DNA of 64,000 bases from Geopsychrobacteraceae bacterium (GTDB lineage: Bacteria; Desulfobacterota; Desulfuromonadia; Desulfuromonadales; Geopsychrobacteraceae): positions 864,001 through 928,000 of the forward strand of contig CAXXTB010000002.1 of NCBI GenBank assembly GCA_963676795.2, given 5' to 3'. The first letter of the stretch is position 1; each line of letters opens with the position of its first letter. Positions 41,743-50,599 of this stretch are shown here, piece by piece. The position numbers were made by a program, and so were the translations under genes. The notes beneath the pieces were generated by a model. The model ran no database searches, was not told where the DNA came from, and was given only the letters and a program-made list of their open reading frames with translations.

Positions 41743-43743
41743 GTGCGCCGAGCCAAGCTCGGTCATTCTCGCAAGCTGAAAGGAGCTTGCCCTGTTAATT
41801 GCTGATTGGACAGGTAGTTGCGGTCTGTCGTGTGGAGGTAACAAAGCACGGGGAGCGAGACCGGCTTCATGAAGAAGCAATGACATGTAAATGTCGGACA
41901 ACGAAATGGTAAGCCGTAATGCGAAAGCGTGAACCGAAATGAGCTTCGTTATGCCCTTATGGATGGTCAGCCTCTCAGATTGGGTGAAGCCAGCATGGAC
42001 TGTGAAGAAATCAGCATAGGCAGCAGTCTGATCCATCGGAGTCAAAGCGGATGGCGTGCCATGAAAGAATGATTGGGAACTCGGGAGGCCCGTCAGGCTG
42101 GGAGTTGTACTCCAAGGGCCGCAAGGGAAGACATAACCTTGTAGACCCGTCTGGCGGGAGTCGGAGAGGCGAACAGTAGTGACGAAGCCCAGGTAATCTG
42201 GGTGGAGCGAAGTCGCCTCGCTATTGTCATGTTTCGAAATCAGAAGGAGAAGCCGCTTGGCTGCAAACAGCAAGCCCACTACGGAGAAGGACAGGGTAGA
42301 AATACCCGAGGCGTTTATGGTCAACCATAAGAACCTGCCGGTGCCCCTCTTCAAGCTGAGGAAGAAACTCTACATCAAAGCAAAACAGGAACCGAAGTTT
42401 CGATTCTACGCTCTGTATGATCGAATCTACCGGCAAGACGTGCTTGTGGCGGCATGGGCCCAGGTTGTCGCCAACAACGGCAGTCCTGGAGTGGACGGTG
42501 TTAGTATCGAGGAGATACAGGCCAGCCCGGAACAGGAAGCCGCCTTTCTCGAAGAGATCCATCAGGCACTCAAAGAGAAGCGCTATCGCTCGCAAGCCGT
42601 ACTACGCGTCATGATAGAGAAGGCCAACGGAGCAGAGCGCCCCCTTGGGATACCGACTCTGCGTGATCGCGTCGTACAGACCGCCGTGAAACTGATACTG
42701 GAGCCGATCTTTGAGGCGGATTTCCTCGATACATCCTATGGATTTCGCCCCAGACGCAGTGCGCACCAGGCACTGGATGCTATAACCGAGCAATTGCACC
42801 AAGGCCGGACCGCCATCTATGATGCTGACCTCAAAGGTTACTTTGACAGTATTCCCCACGACAAGCTCATGGCCTGCGTGGAGATGCGCATCACCGACCG
42901 CAATGTGCTGAAGTTGATTCGGCAATGGCTCAAGGCTCCGATAGAAGAGGGCGGCGGGAATGGAAAGCCGGGGCAACGCAAGAGAGAAGGAACTCCGCAA
43001 GGTGGAGTTCCTTCTCCTCTGCTTGCCAATCTCTATCTGCACTGGTTCGACAAACGCTTTCACCAGAAGGGAGGGCCTGCCCAATTTGCCAACGCCAGAA
43101 TCATCCGTTACGCGGATGACTTCGTCATTATGGCACGGTACATTGGCACCGGCATAACCGACTGGGTTGAAGGTATCGCTGAAGACTGGATGGGACTGCG
43201 CATAAACCGCGAGAAAACCAAGATCGTCAACCTGCGCGAACCGCAAGCCGTACTGAACTTTCTGGGGTACAGCTACCGGTACGACAAAGACCTTCGAGGG
43301 CGGGATAAGCGCTATCTCAATCTGTTCCCCAGCGAAGAATCCTGTGCAAGACGGCGAGAGAAAGTCAGACAAAAACTCTGCTCCAAGACCTCTCACGTGC
43401 CGATACCCGAGCTGATAGAGCAACTCAACCAGCAGCTCGCAGGCTGGGCGAATTATTTCAGCGCAGGCTATCCACGCAAGAGCTATCGAGAGATGAACAG
43501 TTTTGTCCAACAGCGACTGATCAAACACCTGAAACGTCGAAGCCAGCGCCCCTATCGTCCACAGAAAGGGGAGACATGGTATCAGCACCTGCATGCAAAC
43601 TTAGGACTGGTGCAGTTATAGCGGGCTTCCCTGATAGTGATGATGTGAAGGCAATAGGAAAGCCGGATGCGGGAAAACCGCACGTCCGGTTTGATGAGGG
43701 GGAGCAATCCGGCGGATTGTAACTGGTTTGCTCTCTACTCTAC
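41743..43743 (+). mobile_element. Group II intron (complete, 2001 nt)
   Basis: 5' GTGCG at 41743; domain V AAGCCGGATGCGGGAAAACCGCACGTCCGGTTT (~43660-43692); domain VI ending ...CTACTCTAC at 43743; EBS1 CAGATT (41976-41981) complementary to the 5' exon AATCTG. Confidence 0.93.
42317..43621 (+). CDS. ltrA: Group II intron reverse transcriptase/maturase, no endonuclease domain
   Basis: PGVDG, RPLGIPT.RDRVVQ, SYGFRP, GTPQGG.SPLLAN, RYADD, FLGY, GWANYF; ATG 42317 with GAGG RBS. Confidence 0.95.
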   Translation: MVNHKNLPVPLFKLRKKLYIKAKQEPKFRFYALYDRIYRQDVLVAAWAQVVANNGSPGVDGVSIEEIQASPEQEAAFLEEIHQALKEKRYRSQAVLRVMIEKANGAERPLGIPTLRDRVVQTAVKLILEPIFEADFLDTSYGFRPRRSAHQALDAITEQLHQGRTAIYDADLKGYFDSIPHDKLMACVEMRITDRNVLKLIRQWLKAPIEEGGGNGKPGQRKREGTPQGGVPSPLLANLYLHWFDKRFHQKGGPAQFANARIIRYADDFVIMARYIGTGITDWVEGIAEDWMGLRINREKTKIVNLREPQAVLNFLGYSYRYDKDLRGRDKRYLNLFPSEESCARRREKVRQKLCSKTSHVPIPELIEQLNQQLAGWANYFSAGYPRKSYREMNSFVQQRLIKHLKRRSQRPYRPQKGETWYQHLHANLGLVQL

Positions 43744-43835
43744 TGGCTGATCTCTTTGTGTTTTCTGCTGCTTTGCGTGGGGCTGGGATTGCTCTGTTTC
43801 CGTGGCTGCCGTGTTTTTCGTGGAGAGAATCCCCT

Positions 43836-44249
43836 TCAGAAATTGTCCAGCATCTTTTTGAGTGCCTTATGGATCACGGCCTGATCCTCTTCCGAGAAAC
43901 CGGCCATCATGTCGCGGGTCAGGTTGAGGTGATGGCTGTGGTGCTGCCTGAAAACCTCCTGCCCCTTTTGGGTCAGCTCGATCAGGTAGGAGCGCCGGTC
44001 GGTTTCATGGGGGACCCGGCGCAGCAGTCCTTTCTTTTCGAGACGATCGATACTGACTGTCAGGGTTCCGGTTGTCACTCCCAGAAAACCCGCCAGCTGC
44101 TTCATCTTGATCGCCCCTTCATGACCGACGATTTCGATGGCGTGGTTCTGCGCCGTTGTCAGTCCGCTCCCTTTGACAACCCCTTCCTCCCAGGTCGACA
44201 GCTTTTCGTAGAATTCGATGATGACCTTTGCCAGTTCTTCGTTCTTCAT
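43836..44249 (-). CDS. MarR family transcriptional regulator
   Basis: LTVSIDRLEKKGLLRR...DRRS..IELT.KG. Confidence 0.92.
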   Translation of the reverse strand: MKNEELAKVIIEFYEKLSTWEEGVVKGSGLTTAQNHAIEIVGHEGAIKMKQLAGFLGVTTGTLTVSIDRLEKKGLLRRVPHETDRRSYLIELTQKGQEVFRQHHSHHLNLTRDMMAGFSEEDQAVIHKALKKMLDNF

Positions 44250-44546
44250 CTGACTCCCCTCATTGGTAGTTTGCCCGTTGAATGGCCGCTTTCAGTCGCA
44301 AGTGGGTCTGCGTCGTCCTTTCAGGCAACTTAGCCGAAGAGCGATTCGGATACAACCCTCAGATGCTGTGGCCTTATGGTAGAGCCGTTATCCGGCGAAA
44401 GCGATCTGCCGCAGCCCCGGACTGTTCTTTTCCGCTGATCTTCATCCGTTTCCTTCTTGATCCGGTATGGTCGTTCAGGCTTTACTGGATCAGGCAGGAT
44501 CTCCTGTCGTTGATAGCTACAGAACATTTGTGACGGAGAGCGACTG

Positions 44547-45389
44547 ATGCAGACAAACGGAAAACAGGAACAAATCTACCGGCGAGTCGGCCGACGCGAA
44601 CTGAAAATCGATATCTTTGCGCCGGAAACAGCCGATCACAGCCGCACGGCGATCATCATGCTGCATGGCGGCGGCTGGGTGCGCGGCGACCGGTCGATGA
44701 TGCATCTGTTCGGTCCGTTTTTGGCCGGGCAGGGGTTTGTCGTCTTCGCTCCTGAGTATCGTTTGCTCGGCGAGGCGCCCTGGCCGGCGCAGCTTGAGGA
44801 TGTCAAGGCGGCGGTTCGCTGGGTCAGGGATAATGCGCAGGCCTGGAATATCGATCCGGACAAAATTGCCGTGGAAGGCTTTTCGGCCGGCGGCCACCTG
44901 GCGCTGATGGCGGCCGGAACAGGGGATGATCCTGCATGTCAAGGGGGCAATGATGCGGCGACTTCCGATGCAGTGAATGCCGTGATCGCCTTCTTCCCGC
45001 CGATCGAACTGACTGTCGCAGAACCGCAGGCCGGGCAAACTCCGGCTGCGGCACTGCTGGGCGCTTCTGCATCACCAGAACAGGCCCGTCTGGCCAGCCC
45101 GCTCTGCCAGGTGAAAGCGGAATACCCGCCGACCTTTCTGCTCCACGGTACCGCCGACCAGATTGTCCCGCATATCAACAGTTTGCGCATGGCGGCAGCG
45201 CTCGAAGAGCAGGGCGTTCAGGTCGAGCTGCATCTCTATCCCCGCCACACCCATGAATTCGTCCGCCTGCCGAGTATGCTGGAACTGACCCATCTGGAGA
45301 TCGGCAACTTTCTGCGCCGCATGCTGGTTGACCCGCAGAAGTATGAGCAGGAGAACCTGACACTCAACAAATTTGCTCAGAAGGGTTGA
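44547..45389 (+). CDS. Alpha/beta hydrolase (HGGG-type esterase/lipase)
   Basis: LHGGGW, EYRL, GFSAGGHLA, HGTAD, H catalytic set. Confidence 0.9.
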   Translation: MQTNGKQEQIYRRVGRRELKIDIFAPETADHSRTAIIMLHGGGWVRGDRSMMHLFGPFLAGQGFVVFAPEYRLLGEAPWPAQLEDVKAAVRWVRDNAQAWNIDPDKIAVEGFSAGGHLALMAAGTGDDPACQGGNDAATSDAVNAVIAFFPPIELTVAEPQAGQTPAAALLGASASPEQARLASPLCQVKAEYPPTFLLHGTADQIVPHINSLRMAAALEEQGVQVELHLYPRHTHEFVRLPSMLELTHLEIGNFLRRMLVDPQKYEQENLTLNKFAQKG

Positions 45390-45883
45390 GCTGTTGTTCT
45401 GAGGACTTTCAGTTCCTGACGCAGGGCCGCTCTGGCGGCCTTATCGACCAGACGGAAGAGCTGGTCATCCAATGATCTCTCGGCACCGGGCAGATGTCCG
45501 CGCTGCTTGCAGAAATGCAGCTGATGATTGGCCGCCAACTGATAGAACTCCCGGTAGAGATCGGCGTTGTTGAGCGGCCGCCCCTGACCGGAGCAGAAGC
45601 CATTGGCGATCAGGCGTTGCCGGCGCTGTGGCAATTCACATAAGGTCTGGGAATCGCTGTGGATGATCAGCTCCGTTCCGGGGGCGACCAAGGTCTTTAC
45701 GGCCCAGATCAGCGTCTGTAGTTCGAGGCGTGCGGCGTTGGTTTGCTCGAAGCGCTGCAGTTGGATTGCAGAGTTCAGCGCGACCGGATCTGGAGCTTCC
45801 GCGTCGATCCGCAGGCAGGCACCGAAGCCGATGCCGCTTTGCGGGTCGCCGCTGGCATCACAGAATAGTTTGATTTGAGGCAT
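45377..45883 (-). CDS. Ribonuclease HI-like protein
   Basis: FCDAS, LEL, HSDS, NADL, RGH, VDKAAR map onto the RNase H D-E-D-H-D residues. Confidence 0.75.
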   Translation of the reverse strand: MPQIKLFCDASGDPQSGIGFGACLRIDAEAPDPVALNSAIQLQRFEQTNAARLELQTLIWAVKTLVAPGTELIIHSDSQTLCELPQRRQRLIANGFCSGQGRPLNNADLYREFYQLAANHQLHFCKQRGHLPGAERSLDDQLFRLVDKAARAALRQELKVLRTTAQPF

Positions 45884-45895
45884 GGTTTTCGTGGA

Positions 45896-46123
45896 TCAGT
45901 CCGGGTGGTTGCGCCAGACCAAGTAAAGATCTTCGACCTGCTTGCGCGCCCAGGGGGTGCGGCGAAGAAACTTGAGGCTCGACTTGATCGACGGATCGTT
46001 GTTGAAACAGCGGATCTGGATCAGCTCGCCGAGCTCCTTCCAGCCGTAATAGTCGACCAGGGCGGTAACGATCATTTCCAGGGTGATGCCATGGAGCGGG
46101 TCTTTGCTGTGCTGCTGGGTCAT
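45896..46123 (-). CDS. VF530/DUF2132 family small DNA-binding protein
   Basis: [38 protein letters not shown]. Confidence 0.88.
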   Translation of the reverse strand: MTQQHSKDPLHGITLEMIVTALVDYYGWKELGELIQIRCFNNDPSIKSSLKFLRRTPWARKQVEDLYLVWRNHPD

Positions 46124-46292
46124 TGCATGTACCTTTGCTTTTGAGTCGGGTCGAGTGTACGTGGCATGCTGGCCGGGGTGCAAGTGAATATGTCGCTGAG
46201 CCTGCCTGGAATCTGTTCTTGGCGTTTGCGGTTGTGCTGGTTTAAGGTCTCAGGAACTTCATTCAGAGAACAACCCCGGAAAGGAGTTCCTT

Positions 46293-47669
46293 TTGAAACC
46301 CTCAGGATTGGCTGGTTTTATCTTCGGTATTCTGGTTGCGGCCACTGTCTGGTTTGTTCCTTTTTCCGGGTTGCCAAGCGCTGCGCAGCACTGTCTCGCC
46401 TTGAGCCTGCTGGCTGTGATCTGGTGGGCGACCAACGTGACCCATCCTGGCTATACCTCGGTGCTGTTGCTCGGTGCCTATGTGCTGCTCAAGGTGGCTC
46501 CGGGCAACGTTGTCTTCGGCTTGTGGACAACGCCGATCATCTATCTGGTGGTCGGCGGTTATCTGATTGCCGCCGCGGTACGTGACTCCGGTCTCGGCGA
46601 GCGGATCGCCTTCTGGTACAGCAGCAGGTACCTGTCCAATTATCGCAGTATCATTGTCAGTGCCTATCTGCTCGGATTTCTGCTCAGTTTCCTGATTCCG
46701 CACCCCTGGCCGCGTTGCTTTCTGATCATGTCGGTCATGCTGATGATTATCAAGACGGCCGAAATACCTCATGACGATGCCGCCAATATCGGTCTGGCGG
46801 TTTTCGCCGCATCCTGTCCGACCTCGGCGATTCTGTTGACCGGAGACAGCGTGATCAATACCATCGCCGTCGGGATGTCGGGGGTCGAACTCTCCTGGTT
46901 GGGCTGGCTGTGGCAGATGGGGGTGCCGGCGATCGCCGCGACCCTGCTGACCCTGGGCCTCCAGCTGAAACTCTATACGCCGACGCAGGAGGTTCAGGTC
47001 GACCGGGAGCATTTCCGGGCAAAATTGGCGGCCAAGGGACCGCTCTCAGGGGATGAGTGGAAATGCCTGATGTGGGTCGGCCTGGCGGTGGTGCTCTGGG
47101 CGACCGACAGCCTGCACCATATCCATCCCGGCTGGATCGCTCTTATTGTCTGTGTCGGCTTGAGCCTGCCGAAACTGGGTGGCGTGCTGAACGCGAAATC
47201 CTGGAATGATGTGCCGATAGCGACGCTGTTTTTCCTTACCGCAGCGCTGGCGATCGGCAAGGTCGGCGCCTATACCGGCATGAACGAATGGCTGGCGACC
47301 ACGCTGCTGCCGGAGCAGCTGCCGCACAACCCGTTTTTGCTGGCGGCTTTGATCACCCTGGTCGCCATTATCGTCCATATGATTCTCGGCAGTGTCCTGG
47401 CGGTGATGGGGATCATCATCCCGACCTTTCTGGTCTTAAGCTCTACCGGGCTCAATCCGCTGGTGATCGCGCTGATGGTCTATATGGTTCTGACCATCCA
47501 CTACCTGCTGCCGTTCCATCACATGAATATGCTGGTCGGTACCAGCGGCGCTGTCGGCACCTATACCGACCGGCAAGTCCTGCGCATCGGCCTGCCACTG
47601 ACGGTCGTCACCTTTGTCGTTACCGTTGGCGTCATGGTCCCCTGGTGGATGGTGACGGGGTTGCTGTGA
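46293..47669 (+). CDS. SLC13/DASS family anion permease
   Basis: AAGGAG RBS and TTG start; ~13 TM; SGLGERIA, GPLS..EW, LWATD..H.I motifs. Confidence 0.85.
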   Translation: MKPSGLAGFIFGILVAATVWFVPFSGLPSAAQHCLALSLLAVIWWATNVTHPGYTSVLLLGAYVLLKVAPGNVVFGLWTTPIIYLVVGGYLIAAAVRDSGLGERIAFWYSSRYLSNYRSIIVSAYLLGFLLSFLIPHPWPRCFLIMSVMLMIIKTAEIPHDDAANIGLAVFAASCPTSAILLTGDSVINTIAVGMSGVELSWLGWLWQMGVPAIAATLLTLGLQLKLYTPTQEVQVDREHFRAKLAAKGPLSGDEWKCLMWVGLAVVLWATDSLHHIHPGWIALIVCVGLSLPKLGGVLNAKSWNDVPIATLFFLTAALAIGKVGAYTGMNEWLATTLLPEQLPHNPFLLAALITLVAIIVHMILGSVLAVMGIIIPTFLVLSSTGLNPLVIALMVYMVLTIHYLLPFHHMNMLVGTSGAVGTYTDRQVLRIGLPLTVVTFVVTVGVMVPWWMVTGLL

Positions 47670-47692
47670 TCGTCAATTGGTAAATCGCATTT

Positions 47693-47760
47693 ACCACGGA
47701 GGCACGGAGAACACCGAGAAAGTCAAACCTCAAACCGTTTCGCATGCGAAGTTCACGAAG
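47693..47760. repeat. 9-nt-period repeat arms
   Basis: accacggaggcacggagaacaccgag and cgcatgcgaagttcacgaag. Confidence 0.7.
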
Positions 47761-47793
47761 AAAGACATCGAAAATCTTGAATGTCCTTTTGGC

Positions 47794-48273
47794 TTAGTCA
47801 AGTTTTGTTACCGGAGTCTCTCGAATCAATTGGAGCGCCTCTCGTTCCATATCCAGTCGTTCCTCATGGTTTCTGATATCGACTTCGATCTTTTTGAGCG
47901 CCAGAGATTTGATCTCTTCATATTCGTTTGGTGAATCGTTCATCCAGTGCAGGCTGAATTTTTCTTTCCAGAAACTGAAAGCCTCTGGTGATTTTCTCAT
48001 CTCGCTGAAAAAGAATGACGGATCATCAACCAGAATTTCGAGGAGCCCATCTTTTATTGTCTGAAACTCAGAACCGTCTCCCTGAACAAATTCTTCGGCC
48101 AGTTGTTTGAACTGCTTTTGGCGTTCGACGAGCGGCTGGCTTTCATCCTTGATCAGTTCAATTTTTTTGACAGTTTTATAATATGCGTCATCTGCTTTTT
48201 CTGACAGAGCCGATGCATGCGATGGTCCAGAGATAGCAAAAATAGTCAGGAGAATAAGAAGCAGTCTTTTCAT
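47794..48273 (-). CDS. Exported hypothetical protein (candidate immunity protein)
   Basis: Sec signal MKRLLLILLTIFAISGPSHA; charged helical body; ATGA overlap with the upstream gene. Confidence 0.7.
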   Translation of the reverse strand: MKRLLLILLTIFAISGPSHASALSEKADDAYYKTVKKIELIKDESQPLVERQKQFKQLAEEFVQGDGSEFQTIKDGLLEILVDDPSFFFSEMRKSPEAFSFWKEKFSLHWMNDSPNEYEEIKSLALKKIEVDIRNHEERLDMEREALQLIRETPVTKLD

Positions 48274-48635
48274 TTGATCCTCACTTGGATGTTGTTTGGG
48301 GTTGATATCGCACTGATAATTGACGTGAGTGTGGACGATGAATTCAGTATCTGATTTCCGTTTTTTGATTTGCCAACCAGAATGCAGCCGGATGTATCCT
48401 TGAGAGTGTTGCCTGCATGGATTTCGATGTAGGTTCTGCCGGACACATCTAATAGAATCACTTTTCTGCCGAATTTCGGACTGTTGTAAATTTGGGCGGT
48501 ATAGGTTCCTTTGCTGATTTTTCTTGTTTCAGGTTTCAGTGTTACACCTTTTTTGACTCCATTGACGCTGATCGTTCCGAAGACAATAGAAGCTGGATTT
48601 CCGGCATTATCTCTGCTGATGACAATCTCATCCAT
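48270..48635 (-). CDS. DUF5675-like / L,D-transpeptidase (YkuD-fold)-like protein
   Basis: GTY..YNSPKFG..GR.YIEIHAGN...DTSGCILVG, an H-x-G-x(6)-S-G-C catalytic-like motif; no signal peptide. Confidence 0.7.
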   Translation of the reverse strand: MDEIVISRDNAGNPASIVFGTISVNGVKKGVTLKPETRKISKGTYTAQIYNSPKFGRKVILLDVSGRTYIEIHAGNTLKDTSGCILVGKSKNGNQILNSSSTLTSIISAISTPNNIQVRIK

Positions 48636-48700
48636 GATGTTTTCCCCGCCTCGCTGATAAGATATTTATTGTTTAAACAATGGTTTAGTTATCGCTAATT

Positions 48701-48728
48701 AGATTATCAGGGCAGGGATATATGTCAA
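48701..48728 (-). promoter_or_regulatory. Candidate sigma70 promoter of the two-gene cassette
   Basis: TTGACA-N16-TAATCT on the minus strand. Confidence 0.5.
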
Positions 48729-48796
48729 GCAGCTGTAGCTTTTCAGAATGCTCTGGCGGGGAGGTCATGGTTCGTAATATTCGAAAAACTATTTTC

Positions 48797-48865
48797 ACCA
48801 CGGAACACGGAGAACACAGAGAAATCAAACGTGTTGTTATGACATTCCTCTGTGTTCTCCGTGGT
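48797..48865. repeat. 9-nt-period palindromic repeat
   Basis: accacggaacacggagaacacagag ... ctctgtgttctccgtggt hairpin. Confidence 0.8.
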
Positions 48866-48877
48866 TCAATTATGGTT

Positions 48878-50599
48878 TCATTTTGTTGATTTTGGATAAA
48901 GATCCGCTAACGCATGATTCCGATCTACCTGTTTCTCCTGCTGCGTTATCCAGCTTTTCAGGGCCACTTCCAGCCTGCTTGCGTCCCAGGCCGAAGAATC
49001 TGGCGCATAGAGAGCCTGATTCAAACGTTGCAGTTCTTCAGCAAGTTCTGTCGAAACTCTCTCCTGCAGTTGTTCCAGATTGATCACTTTTTCTTCCGGC
49101 CAGTGGCTGCCAGACCAATGGATGAAAGCTTCGCGAATCGTTTTGGGATCGCTGCCTTTTATTGCAAGCCTCAGTTTCTTCAGAGCCTCCTTTTCAGTCC
49201 CTGTTGCAAGCTGTGGTGCTTCTGCTTGCACTGCCGCGAGGGGGCGCCTGCGGGCGGAGCGCCACCAGAGCAGCAGGGTGAGAAGCCAGCCAAAAGCCAG
49301 AACCAGGCTGATCCAGGGCCAGTAGCCGGCACTGGTGACTGGCGGGCTGGTTTGCTCCGCTATCGCTGCTGGTTGTGCCTGCGTTTGTTCCACGGGCTGT
49401 TGTGGCTCAACTGCCTGTGGAGTTGGTTTTTGTGGCTGTGGAGCGGCGACAACTGCGCTACCCGGCGCGACCTCGACGGTCAACGCGGGGATGCGGGCAG
49501 TGCGCAGGGTGTTGGCGCTGGTGTCATACCACTCAAGCTCCAGCCCCGGTAGGGTCACTTTGCCCGCCTGCGTCGGTACCACCGCGATCTTCTGACGCTG
49601 GATGCCGGTCAGCCCACCAGAGACCTTGACGTCGTTGCGCGAAGGCTGATCAGGGTAGCTCTTCCACCCCTGCGGAACCGGGATGTTCAGTTCGGGCAGA
49701 TGCGCGGCCGGTAGGCCGCTGGCGGTCAGGGTGATGGTCCGGGTCACCGGTTCACCGACCTTGAACTTAGGCGGCGTGTCCTGCCAGCTGTCCTGCAGGG
49801 TCAACTGGCTGGCCGGAATCCAGTTGGTTCCGGTACCGGCCGGCTTTTCGGTGACCGTAATAGCAATCTCGTCGCTGAAGCGCCGCAGGGTCCGCACCGG
49901 CGTTCCGAAATTGCTGAAGCGGGAGGCCTCGCCGACCTGGGCCTGCAGGGTCAGAGCGGGGATCGTCAGCGTTCCGGCCTGTTCCGGGTAGATGAGGTAG
50001 CGGCGTTCGACGACGTTATAGCGGTAGCCGTCGCGCTGGATCTGGTAGCTGCTGTCTTCGCCGACCTGCTGGATGCTGGCCGGCACCCCTTGCAGATCGA
50101 CATCGCTCAAGCTGGCCCCGGCCAGGTTGACGCGATGGAGAACCTTGAGGGTCAGCTGGATCTGCTCACCGACGACGACCTGTTCTGGCTCGGCGCTGGC
50201 GAGCAGGAGCAGTTCATCCCCGCGGGTGGCGACCTGCTGCTGTTCGCTGACGGTGATCGGCAGCGCGGCGCTGCAATCCTGGCCGAAACAGACGGCCGGA
50301 ATTTTGACCTCGCCGCTGCGTTTCGGCATCAGGGTCAGGTTGATGCTTTTCGAGCGGCTGAGATGGCCGTTGATGATCTGAGTCTGGCTGCTGCTTGAGC
50401 GGCTTAAAATGTCCCAGTCCCTGTTCAGGACCGACAGGTCGGGATCGTCGGAACTTTTCCCCTCGATCCGGAGTTCCAGGTTGAGGCTTTCGCCGGCGCC
50501 GATCCGGTCGCGATCGGCAATCGCCGAGACATCTGCAGCCAGCAATGGCTGGGCCAGGCTCAGCAGCAGAGTGCAAAGAATGAAGACGTGTCTTACCAT
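48878..50599 (-). CDS. batD: BatD family protein
   Basis: Signal peptide, repeated Ig-like BatD units (VGEP.TRTI, YPDQP, WYD), C-terminal TM; operon context. Confidence 0.85.
   Translation of the reverse strand: MVRHVFILCTLLLSLAQPLLAADVSAIADRDRIGAGESLNLELRIEGKSSDDPDLSVLNRDWDILSRSSSSQTQIINGHLSRSKSINLTLMPKRSGEVKIPAVCFGQDCSAALPITVSEQQQVATRGDELLLLASAEPEQVVVGEQIQLTLKVLHRVNLAGASLSDVDLQGVPASIQQVGEDSSYQIQRDGYRYNVVERRYLIYPEQAGTLTIPALTLQAQVGEASRFSNFGTPVRTLRRFSDEIAITVTEKPAGTGTNWIPASQLTLQDSWQDTPPKFKVGEPVTRTITLTASGLPAAHLPELNIPVPQGWKSYPDQPSRNDVKVSGGLTGIQRQKIAVVPTQAGKVTLPGLELEWYDTSANTLRTARIPALTVEVAPGSAVVAAPQPQKPTPQAVEPQQPVEQTQAQPAAIAEQTSPPVTSAGYWPWISLVLAFGWLLTLLLWWRSARRRPLAAVQAEAPQLATGTEKEALKKLRLAIKGSDPKTIREAFIHWSGSHWPEEKVINLEQLQERVSTELAEELQRLNQALYAPDSSAWDASRLEVALKSWITQQEKQVDRNHALADLYPKSTK

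Noticed and set aside
42317..43621. Retron, DGR or defence RT interpretation
   Set aside because: Maturase domain, intron domains V and VI, and GTGCG...AC boundaries identify a group II intron
44250..44546. Short ORFs between marR and the esterase
   Set aside because: No RBS or recognisable motif; likely a divergent promoter region
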